64,000 nt of DNA from Azolla caroliniana (taxonomy: Eukaryota > Plantae > Polypodiophyta), in assembly GCA_043228905.1 (NCBI GenBank), contig JBHGNT010000020.1:248001-312000 (forward strand), read 5' to 3'. Numbering within the stretch: position 1 is the first letter of the stretch; each line of letters starts with the position of its first letter. Position numbers and translations under genes: made by a program. Shown in pieces: positions 53,842-64,000 of the stretch. The notes under the pieces are model-generated. The model saw only the letters and a program-made list of their open reading frames with translations, did not search any database and had not been told where the DNA came from.

Positions 53842-56800
53842 TGTTACATACTCTAGTGCCTACCTTGCTATCTCTCTTCTCTTTGCTCCATTGTAGATCT
53901 TGTTTCATGATTCAGTTGTCCTATGCTCTTAATCTGTTTCTATGTATTCTCTAAGGATCTTCATCTCAAAGAGTTTTGAGATTGTTCCGCACTTGACGAC
54001 TGACATCAACATTTGGTATCAAAGCTTGGTGTTTTCAATTCTACATCTAGTCATCTTCATGTCTTCATCAACATCTCACCTTGTGGCAACCCTTGAAGAT
54101 CTCTCTAACTTCAGCTTGATAGAACAAATTCTGAGATTTCAGTCAAATTGAAATCTCTCAACTGGCAACTTCTACAATATCACTTTCTTTTTCAAAGAAG
54201 AGAAAAACACTGGAAAAGTCTAGACTCCACTATTCTAAATCACTCTTGAAGTACGCCAATCAGATGTACTTTACTCATGTGATTGTAGCCACTTGGAGTG
54301 AGACTTTGTCTTGCAAGTTCTTCCTCAATCGTGCTTCATTAGGTTAGACGGAAATCGAATAGGTCACTCGACACTATTCACTAGCTCGTTGTAACCACTC
54401 GTAGCAGATTGGGCTCCGAGGAACAACCCCTAATTGTGCGTCATTAGGCTAGACGGCAGTCGGGAGGACCAATCGGCTTTGTCCCTCTCATTGTCGTAGT
54501 CATTCAAAGCATGATCTGACGGGAACCCAACGTTCCTTATGCGCAACGCTCGGCCACAACCGAGCTTAGAATGATACACAGAAAACGGGAAATAAAACGC
54601 GACACAAAGAAGGAGAGAATACACAGGAGGTTTACGTGGAAAACCCCAAACTAGGGGAAAAACCACGGCAACCCACAGGCTGCAAACTGTCACTATGTAG
54701 GAATATACAACAGTGAGTTCACTGAGGCACCGACCTCGTGCTCACAAATCTTCGCCACAGGCGGCGGTTACAACAGAGGCAACGACCTCTTTCTCTTTCT
54801 CTCTCTCTCTCTCTGTACAGTTACGCACACTAATCTCGTGCAAAACAGAAAATGACAACAACAAACTAAAAGTTTGCCCTAAGTCATATTTATACTGATA
54901 TGACTTTTCGGCTATTTACAAATATAGCCTCAATGGGCTCTCAGAAACATATTTACGAATATGTCTCTTCCTCCGGTTCTCACCGGTTCTGCACCATCCG
55001 GCTCTCCGTAGCCGGGTACTCCTCATCTGGTTTCGGCCGAGGCCGAGTTTGTTCATCGGCACTGTTCTTCTCCCTTCCCATCCGGAGGGACCTATCTCCC
55101 AACATGATCGGTATGGAAAATAACACATAATCTGTGATCGGTATCTTCAAATCGGCATTCGAAATCGAATCGGCAATTAATTGTGCTCAATTAGACTAGG
55201 TGATATTCGAGAAGACCAGTGGCTCTGTCCCTTCGCTCACCATAGCCACTCCGAACAAGTGTAGCACCCAACTACTACTCCAAAACCAATCGACAATTAA
55301 ATTAGCAAATTTGGGTCCAATTGAGCTAAGTCAATCGACTGTAGCCACTTTGGACAGAACCCACCAATAGTCGAAGTTGATTCAACTCGTGTCGAAATTC
55401 GACCAGAACGATATCGGGTGAGCCCGTCGACTGCATCCCACCATTGTTCGTATTCAACTCCAGACAAGGTCTAGTAAACCGACTCAGATGACATCAATAT
55501 CCGGCTCATCAGAAACGAGCCTAAGGAAGTTTGATGGGTCGAACTTCACCTTCTAAAAGGAGCATATGCAGGACTTTCTAATAGTCAAGGGTCAGATTGA
55601 TCCAATCGAAACAAAAAGCACTCTAAAAGGGTTCAAGCCGAATGAGTGGACGAAACTGATAAAATTGTCCGAGCCACCATTCTGATGCACTTGTCGAAGT
55701 CAGTGTACTTCACAATGCAATCGTGTCCGAGTGCCTTCCAACCATGGAAGACACTCTCAGACACTTATGAAAAGAAGGTCACCGCCACAAAGATATATTT
55801 GATTCGACGCCTTTACAACCTTCGGATGAAAGAATCTGACTCAGTCCAGGCACATCTCAACGAGTACGAAAGCCTAAGTTCCCAAATTTTCACTCAGGGG
55901 ACGACAATCGAAGACGAGTAAAAAGCAATGTTGCTCATGAGTAGTCTCCCCCCTTCATGGGAAACTTTCGTCATGACCATGTGCAATGTGTCGACTGCCG
56001 TTGTGAAATACTCCGAAGTCACGAGTTCAATCTTGACAAAGGCTGCTCGGAGGAAATCATTTGCAAGTGATTTAGCCAGTGATGCCTATGTAGTAAAAAG
56101 TTTGGCTGATCGGCCGAACTTTCGAGGAAGAAGTTCTTCTCGACCGCCAAACAACACACGAAGTCGGAGCAAGTCTCGAGATAATTGAATATGCAATTAC
56201 TACAAGAAACATAGACATATCAAGGCCGACTACCGTGCACTCAAAGACAAGAATGATAAAGTTCAGCGAACTAATCAAAAGAGTGCCCGACATGAGGAGG
56301 TCAACTACGTCGACTCGTTAGTTGAAATATGGACGAATGACCTGAACATTCTATTCATCGAACACTCAATTGAATCCGAAGTTATGCTTATGACTGAAGA
56401 GTCAACCACTTGGCTCTTGGATTTGGGCGCTTCATACCATGTGACCCCTCATAGATCCCAAATTTGGCAAAATTCAGCTCGGCATTCCGACTCAGTCTAA
56501 GTCGGAAATTCACAACACTACGCTATCATTGGAATCGGCACTATAGACCTCAACCTTCCAGGTGGCTCTACACTACTACTACATAATGTCCGACATGTAC
56601 CTGAGCTCTCACGAACGCTGATCTCAGTCGGACAACTTGACGAAGACAACATCCGTGTTGGCATCTCATCAAGAGGGTGGACACTCCACATGGGGAGCCT
56701 CCTACTTGCTCGAGGACTGAAAGTACATTCCTTGTACCCATTATATGTCACACTCAGAGAGGGTGACTTGTTTCTGGACAACTCAGACACCTTAGCAAGC

Positions 56801-57118
56801 CCGGCATATCGCACTTATCTAAAGCTGGATACATCCCCAAACTCTCCTTATCGGATCACCAAATCTGTGAGCATTCTCAATATGGCAAGCAAGTTGCAGC
56901 CTCACACTGACGACAACACCAAGAGAATCGAGTCCACTTGATTTAGTTCATTTAGATGTGTGTCGTCTGTTGCCACATCAATCCCTTGGTGGCGCCTCCC
57001 ACTTCGTTACCTTCATCAACGATTCGACTCGCAAGGTGTGGGCATACTTTGCCAGAACTAAAGATCGAGTGTTCTCGATCTTCTTGGAAGGGATCTCCAT
57101 GGTAGAGAACCAATACGG
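53842..57118 (+). mobile_element. Ty1/copia (Tork/Tnt1-like) 5' part: LTR end, PBS, long leader, gag-PR-partial INT; cut by the gypsy insertion
   Basis: LTR ends tcaaca(54011); PBS TGGTATCAAAGC 54014-54025; gag from ~55488 (KFDGSNFTF*K; LIRRLYNLRMKES; SSLPPSWETF); PR WLLDLGASYHVT; INT SLGGASHFVTFINDSTRKVWAY. LTR start uncertain. Confidence 0.88.
54517..55104 (-). mobile_element. Solo LTR (588 bp) inserted in the copia leader
   Basis: tgacggga...tcccaaca termini; perfect TSD TGATC (54512-54516, 55105-55109). Confidence 0.88.
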
Positions 57119-59823
57119 TGTCGCGAAGTTTCGCGCGCGTATGTTACTTGGGTGGGACCACGGGGGTCTTGGACTAGGGAGTACTCAAGGGATAGAGAAG
57201 ACCCGAGGTTTGCTTTACAACAATACTACTTCCCGACCCCTTCCCAAGCAACGTCTCATTGCCCTTTGTTTTGTGAGGCCGGTGGCTCTCGTTGATCACG
57301 ACTCGTCGACCTTCCAAGATCACCACACGAGCCAAGTGACCAAACAGGTACAAGCAAGATGAGCACGCAACATGAACGCACAAGGGGATGATAACACAAA
57401 CACGAATGTCCGTACGTCTTTATGAGGAGGAGAGGTGCATGGGCACGCCCGAACGCTCCCTCGTCACAAGACGTCGAACGTACGAGGAAGACACAAAACA
57501 CATGCACAAAATGCTCGTACGCCTTTATGAGGAGGAGAGGTGCATGGGCACGCCCGAACGGTCCCCTCGTCACAAGACGTCGAACGTACGAGGAAGACAC
57601 AAAACACATGCACAAAATGCTCGTACGCCTTTATGAGGAGGAGAGGTGCATGGGCACGCCCGAACGGTCCCCTCGTCACAAGACAACCGAACGTACAAGG
57701 AAGACACAAATGCTCGTACGCCTTTATGAGGAGGAGAGGTGCATGGGCACGCCCGAACGCTCCCTCGTCACAAGACGTCGAACGTACGAGGAAGACACAA
57801 AACACATGCACAAAATGCTCGTACGCCTTTATGAGGAGGAGAGGTGCATGGGCAAGCCCGAACGGTCCCCTCGTCACAAGACAACCGAACGTACAAGGAA
57901 GACACAAACACACACACAAATGCTCGTACGCCTTTATGAGGAGGAGAGGTGCATGGGCAAGCCCGAACGGTTCCCTCGTCACAAGACAACCGAACGTACA
58001 AGGAAGACACAAACACACACACAAATGCTCGTACGCCTTTATGAGGAGGAGAGGTGCATGGGCACACCCGAACGCTCCCTCGTCACAAGACGTCGAACGT
58101 ACGAGGAAGACACAAAACACATGCACAAAATGCTCGTACGCCTTTATGAGGAGGAGAGGTGCATGGGCACGCCCGAACGGTCCCCTCGTCACAAGACAGC
58201 CGAATGTACAAGGAAGACACAAACACACACACAAATGCTCGTACGCCTTTATGAGGAGGAGAGGTGCATGGGCACGCCCGAACGGTCCCTCTTCACAAGA
58301 CGTCGAACGTACGAGGAAGACACAAAACACATGCACAAAATGCTCGTACGCCTTTATGAGGAGGAGAGGTGCATGGGCACGCCCGAACGGTCCCCTCGTC
58401 ACAAGACAACCGAACGTACAAGGAAGACACAAATGCTCGTACGCCTTTATGAGGAGGAGAGGTGCATGGGCAAGCCCGAATGGTCCCCTCGTCACAAGAC
58501 GTCGAACGTACAAGAAAGACACAAACACACGCACAAAATGCTCGTACGCCTTTATGAGGAAGAGAGGTGCATGGGCAAGCCCGAATGGTCCCCTCGTCAC
58601 AAGACGGCCGAACGTACAAGGAAGACACAAACACACACACAAATGTTCGTACGCCTTTATGAGGAGGAGAGGTGCATGGGCAAGCCCGAACGGTCCCCTC
58701 GTCACAAGACGGCCGAACGTACAAGGAAGACACAAACACACACACAAATGTTCGTACGCCTTTATGAGGAGGAGAGGTGCATGGGCAAGCCCGAACAGTC
58801 CCCTCGTCACAAGACGGTCGAACGTACAAGAAAGACACAAACACGCACAAAATGCTCGTACGCCTTTATGAGGAGGAGAGGTGCATGGGTAAGCCCGAAC
58901 GGTCCCCTCGTCACAAGACGGCCGAACGTACAAGGAAGACAGGAATAAAGAAAGAAGGACAGAAAGAAACACGAATGATATTAACCAAAGAGATAAATAC
59001 GTGTTCGATTCCAACACAAGAGGACCCTTTATAAAATAGGGTTTTGTTTACACTGGCAACTTATAGTTAACCACAAGCTCAATCAAAACATAAATATTAA
59101 ATGCCCTTAGAGACAAAAGCAAATCCGAACACGGCGAAGATGAACGCACGAGCACCACCAAAATGCCAATCCCAACGAACCACGACCACCTGAACGGGGA
59201 GCACATGGGCTCGCAACGACGAACGGGGCGGAACAACGTCGAACCAATGAAGCTTGGGCTCACGAGCACTTTGAGTGCCGACGCGAAGAAGACGAGCACG
59301 TGGCGATGGGGGGGATGAAGGGGTATGAGATGAAGAGAAGTGGTGAATAAGGAGATGAAGAGCTTCGAAGGAAAATTGGCGATAGTCTCCTCCTCCCAAA
59401 ACGTCCTCCCGAATGAACCCCCCTCGACCTCCTTTTATAAGAAGAAAAGAAGGGGGGGTCGCCAAATTTGTCTTCAATGAAAAAGGAATAAAATTCCTTA
59501 AATCACGCTGCATTGTAAGTCCAAATTCCAACCGTGCACCTCTAGCTTGCGGTCAATGTGACTATCCACTAGCCCACTAACTCTCTCTTATATAATATAT
59601 AATTCTATCTCTATAAATTTATAGCTTTTCTCCCCTCTACCTTTTATCTCTCCTCTCTCTTACTTTTTGCACGAGCTTCTATACCTCCTTTTCACCCTTT
59701 CTTTTCCTTTTTATTTTGCATATGCACAATTAATCGCTTTTGTGTGCACACACATTGCACATGCACCTTTTTGACCCCCCTTTCGCCGGTTTTTCCCACC
59801 CTCGAGCACGCCACATCACGATA
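57119..59823 (-). repeat. 3' LTR of the gypsy (~2.7 kb)
   Basis: Begins TATCGTGA (likely mutated TG) right after the PPT and ends TCGCGACA, an imperfect terminal inverted repeat; TATAAAA at 59439-59433. The partner LTR is outside the window. Confidence 0.75.
57403..58940. repeat. Tandem array of 15 units (mostly 105 bp) inside the gypsy LTR
   Basis: atgctcgtacgcctttatgaggaggagaggtgcatgggc starts at ~57406, 57511, 57617, 57710, 57815, 57920, 58025, 58130, 58235, 58340, 58433, 58538, 58643, 58748, 58851. Confidence 0.97.
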
Positions 59824-59883
59824 TCCACCCCCACCAAACCGCACATCCTCCTGTATGTGCTAAGAATGGCGGGCTGAGGGTGG

Positions 59884-62800
59884 TCAATAGTTCATTTTCT
59901 CCTCCTCATTGACCCCATGGCTTGTTGTTTGCTCACCTTTGTCTTCGTCAAGGTCATCGAGGTTTGGCTCCTTGTCGTGTCGCTTTTTGAAGATTTTGAC
60001 CCGCTTCCCGGCTATTGGTACTACCAGCTTAGTCCCATTGAGTTCAGCAAGGTGGTAGGTAGCATTATCGTTTGCACTCGTTACCATGTACGGCCCGAAC
60101 CATCGCTTTGCGAATTTCCGCATTGAGCTATGTTGATTGTCGAGACTACTATCATATACAATCACCCAGTCTCCTTCTTCGATCTTCCGAGGGCGTAGTC
60201 GGTGTGTCTTGTCGAATCGGGCTTTGTTACTTAGCCTAGCCACTTCTAACCTCTCCTTTGCCAACTCCAAGTCTTCGGGTCTTCTCTCAAGTTGCCTTAT
60301 CCTGGTGGTTAGAAGCTCTTCTCGACTCATCTCGTTTTCCCACGGCATCGCTACCCATGAAGCGATCGTGTCTTCAATGGGCATCACCGGCTTTTGTCCG
60401 TACATGAGTTCAGCTGGCATGAAACCTGTAACTGAGCTATGAGTTGTTCTATCGGCCCACAAGGCATAAGGTAGTAACCGAGGCCAATTCCCGACTCGCC
60501 CATCACAAGCTCGTACAATGGCTTTCACGATAGGCCCGTGTCTGCGTTCTATCTTTCCATTAGCCTCCGGGTTATAAGCGGTCGTGAGAGAGAGCTTCAC
60601 TCCAAGTCGGTAAAAGAGCTTTGTAGCTTCATGAGCGTTCAACTCTCCTCTGTCGGCCACTATCTTTCCCACACATCCATATCGGTAGATGACATCCTCG
60701 AGTAAGAATTTACACACCCCCGTCGTCGTTTTGTTTGCTAAGGCTCGCCCTTCTACTCGGTTTGTTAGGTCTTCTCTTGCTAGCACCAAATATTTCATTT
60801 GGCCCACTCCCATCGGCATCGAAACCAAATCCACCATCCATTTGAAGTGTATTGTGAGTGGGTAGGTCGGGTGCAACTCGTCCCTATGGCGTATGTTGGA
60901 GTGTATCTGGCAGCTTTCACACGTCCCCACGAAATGGGCGACATCCTTGTACATTCCCGGCCACCAATACTTCTCCTTTAACTTCTCAAATGTTGCCCAC
61001 GTTCCTTTATGGCCCGCCCAAGGACTCTCGTGGAATTCAGACACCAATGTTGTCTGGTCCTCTTCCTTTATGACCACTCATTGTGGCGTCCCTGTCCTTC
61101 TCTTCGGGTGCCTCCAACGGAATCCCCCTCGTAGGAAGTACTTGTACGCTTTCTTTCGAACTCTCCATGCTTCCTCCTTTGACCATGAACTATCCACTGT
61201 CATTGAGCTTAAGAACTTGCCAATGTGTAGCCACTCCCCTTCGTATTCACTTTTGTTGAAGGCATGGAGCACTCGCACATCTCGATCATCTATAGACGCT
61301 TGGGCCATCTTAAAGAAGTCAAGAGCGACATCCTCATCTTCAGACACCATGTCGCTTTCGCCCTCGAACCTTGCCCTCGATAGCATATCTGTCATGGCAT
61401 TGTTCTTCCCTGAAATGTGGTGAATCTCCGGGTTCATTGATTTGATGTAAGCAATCCATCTTAGCATAGCTAGGTCAGGTGTTGCACACCCCCAAACCAT
61501 CCCTAGGATTGGAAGGCAATCCGTCTCTATTACCACCTCTGACCCGATTAGGTAATCTTTATCCGCCTTCACTGCGGACACAATACCCCAAAGCTCACGT
61601 TTTACTTGGGCGTATCCTCGTTGTCGCTCGCTTAAGACCTTGGCTCCGAACTGGATGGCATAGCGTGTACCATCCTCTCCTTCTTGGTTGATGACCCATC
61701 CGATCCCTATTGGACTTGTATCTACCATCACGTAGATGGGCACCCCTTCCTTGTATACGGCTTTTCGTAAAGCTAGTGCCGCTACCAACATTCCTTTGAG
61801 CCTCTTCATTGCCTTTGTGTGCTCTTCCTCCCACTTGAACATTCCGCCCCTTCTTGAGTAGCCCATACAAGGGCTCGACTAGGTGAGCATAGTGCGGGAT
61901 CCAGATGTGGTAGAATGCACAGGCACCAAGAAATCGCCTCACCTCTGTTTGTGATTTTTCTTCCCTCATGTCTGTGATGGCTTCCGTCCGTACGCCCCGC
62001 ACAAGTGTCCCACCACAAGGATCTCCGGTTGGCCGAATGTTGATTTCTCACCTGAGAAGGTCAAGCGTGCATCTTCGAGTCTTTGTAGAACCTTCTCACA
62101 ATCGGAGATGTGATATGCCACAAAACGTCTGCACCCATCCTCGTCCAAGGTTTCATCTTTCTCTGCTTCAGAGCACCCTTTTATGGGGATGTCATTGAGG
62201 AACGGCATGGTGATGTCGGGGATGCAATCTCTCAATACCTTGTTCATTGCATTTACCATGTGGGCTACAGAGTTAGTGCCTCCTTGTGGCAAGGTACACA
62301 TTCGCACTAGGCCGATAGGGGTCCGCATCGTTGTGATGTCCCTACTCTCCACAGCTAGTTGGAATTGATCATACCCCGAGTATAGATCACCAATCGAATA
62401 AATAGACCTTCCAGCGAAGGCCTCGGCGAATTCGTCAATGCTCGGTCCAACCCCAGCATTTCGAATTGTCACTTGATTAATAGGTTGTAGGTCCTGGATG
62501 AAGCGTAATGTGTCGTTCTTCTTTGGCACGGTGAACCACCGATTCGAGTACGGGGCGGGGCGCTTGATGGCTCGAGGATACCCATCTCCATCTTTTCCTT
62601 GAGTAGCTCAATCAACTTCGGGATGTGAGCTCTCAGAACGGGGATTGGCTTGATGTTCCACGGTACATGTGGCACCGTAAAGATCACCATTGGCTCCACG
62701 ATCTTAGGGTTTACACACCCTATCTCACCCGACGAGAAGGCGAAAGCCCTTCCGTGGTTTTCGATCATCCTTCTGAATCTTACCTCCTCCCTAGGCAATA

Positions 62801-63371
62801 GGAAGCCACCCCCACCAATCCGGAGCTTCTGTTGCGTCTCGTCGGTGAACCGGTGCCCTATGCCTCGTGGGTCCCGCAAGCTAGGATCAGCCTCTACCCC
62901 CTTTATCCGATCCCAACTATCGTTATGCAATGGGGCAGCCATAGGCTTCACCTTCTTGTCCACGGTCTTGTACTTTGTTTGCACCTTGACCGTCCTCGCT
63001 TCCTCAATCAACCGCCCCAACTCTTCGATGGCGGTGTACATGTCAATTGAGTTGACTGGAATTACCTTGTCTTCATTGAGGCCCGAAACGACTACCCTCT
63101 CCATCTCTCTAAGAGTGTCGTCGAACGAGACCGCCTCCATGGCGCCGCTTATGGTGTCATCTTCCCCCAATAAATTACATTGTTTGAGATACCTTTCGTA
63201 TCTCTTGGCCCTAGACTTATCTCTATCACTTAAACTAGTAATTTTACAAGCTCCATTTTCGGAGAACCAAAATTGTTTCCTATTACATTTAATAGTTTTA
63301 CAAGGGTTTAGGGTCTTAGTTTGCCTCGGGCTATTGCGGCCCCACTCTTTAATAGCCCAAATCAAAAATCC
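59884..63371 (-). pseudogene. Gypsy pol (RT-RNase H-integrase), disrupted
   Basis: RT (DLYSGYDQ..LPQGGTNS..FLNDIPIKG), RNase H (VDTSPIGIG..KRELWGIV..ETDC), INT (HESPWAGH..CESC..VADRGE..AYNPEANGKIER..FGPY); frameshifts near 62550, 61980 and 61850; stop at 61078-61080. Confidence 0.92.
63326..63371 (-). promoter_or_regulatory. Programmed -1 ribosomal frameshift signal
   Basis: G GAT TTT (63371-63365), 6-nt spacer, stem GGGCTATT/AATAGCCC (63358-63351, 63335-63328); the downstream pol ORF is in the -1 frame. Confidence 0.75.
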
Positions 63372-64000
63372 TCTCGGCTATCCCCTTTGAGGGAGGCTCG
63401 ATTGCGCTCAAGGTTGGGCCTCACCGTAAGGAATTGAACCGAATGCTTCCCATCTTGGCTCTTGACCCTCGCATATGCTGACCCGTTGTCTAGCACCTTC
63501 GTCTCCATGCGAGCCGCCGTGATGTATGGTTCACCCAAGATGACCGGGTGCGAGGACGTCTCTTGAACAAAGAAATGTTGATCTATTTCTACGTCCCCTA
63601 CCTTCACACGTACATTCGGGCAAGCCCCGTATAGCTCCTCGGTTGCTCGGGTCGCCGCTCTAATCTTCCACCCGTGCTTCGTGTTGATCGGCCACTTTCC
63701 CTTTTTATAAAAGTCCATGGACATAAGGTTGATCTCAGAGCCATGCTCGATCAATGCTACCACCGGCTCTTTTACATCTCCGACCCGTACCGGTGTCTCC
63801 GTTGTCGCTCTCGCCCAATGCGGCCTCGTGTAGTGACTGTCCGCATAGACTTCGTCTCCCTCGGGAACCTCAGTTGACAATGCATTTACAATCGCGGGTT
63901 TTGCCACTTATTGCTCCGTCGAGAGCCGCTTCCTCTTCATTAGGTCGATGATGACCTCGTGGAATTCTTTCTTGGCAATTCCGAGGACTCTCGCAGAGTA
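63362..64000 (-). pseudogene. Gypsy gag C-terminus + aspartic protease ORF ending ...REDF*
   Basis: VALIEHGSEINLM (catalytic D>E) ... VILGEPY; premature stop at 63908-63910. Confidence 0.8.

Larger units (their letters stand above)
57119..64000 (-). mobile_element. Ty3/gypsy LTR retrotransposon, non-chromovirus; continues beyond the window
   Basis: PR-RT-RH-INT order; PPT ggtttggtgggggtgga (~59824-59840); 3' LTR 59823-57119; interrupts the copia integrase frame at 57118. Confidence 0.93.

Noticed and set aside
57403-58940. CRISPR array
   Set aside because: Spacers are not unique, units are ~105 bp, there are no cas genes and the context is a eukaryotic LTR.
57403-58940. Hammerhead ribozyme array (retrozyme-like)
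   Set aside because: Nearest motifs are GUGACGA and GAAC/AUAAA; the CUGANGA + GAAA core is absent on both strands.
57422-59017. 508/517/443-aa ORFs as host genes
   Set aside because: They are translations of the tandem array, open on both strands, with no recognisable domain; the minus-strand ORF starts at GTG.

Overview
Eukaryotic, repeat-rich plant genomic DNA. A non-seed land plant such as a fern is my inference from the TE lineages and protein divergence; it is not proven. Two intact spliced genes are present: an XBAT35/XBAT34-like ankyrin + C-terminal RING E3 ligase (+, 8568-11563, 9 coding exons, ~505 aa) and an EDRF1-like gene (-, 46173-33297, 9 coding exons, ~1524 aa) whose two long introns are filled with LINE pieces. 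The rest is mostly layered transposon debris: about a dozen APE-RT-CCHC LINE fragments (RTEX/CR1-like), many stacked head-to-tail; a complete decayed Ty1/copia (19943-25014); two truncated Tork/Tnt1-like copias; nested solo LTRs; and a non-chromovirus Ty3/gypsy running off the right edge. The most unusual signals are in that gypsy element. Its 2.7-kb LTR carries 15 tandem ~105-bp units, each predicted by eye to fold into a sense-strand hairpin. It also has a canonical-looking -1 frameshift signal (GGAUUUU + 6 nt + stem) placed after the protease rather than before it. Much of 2.8-5.9 kb and 11.7-19.5 kb could not be classified. Coordinates were counted by eye; the ends of degenerate TE fragments are approximate.
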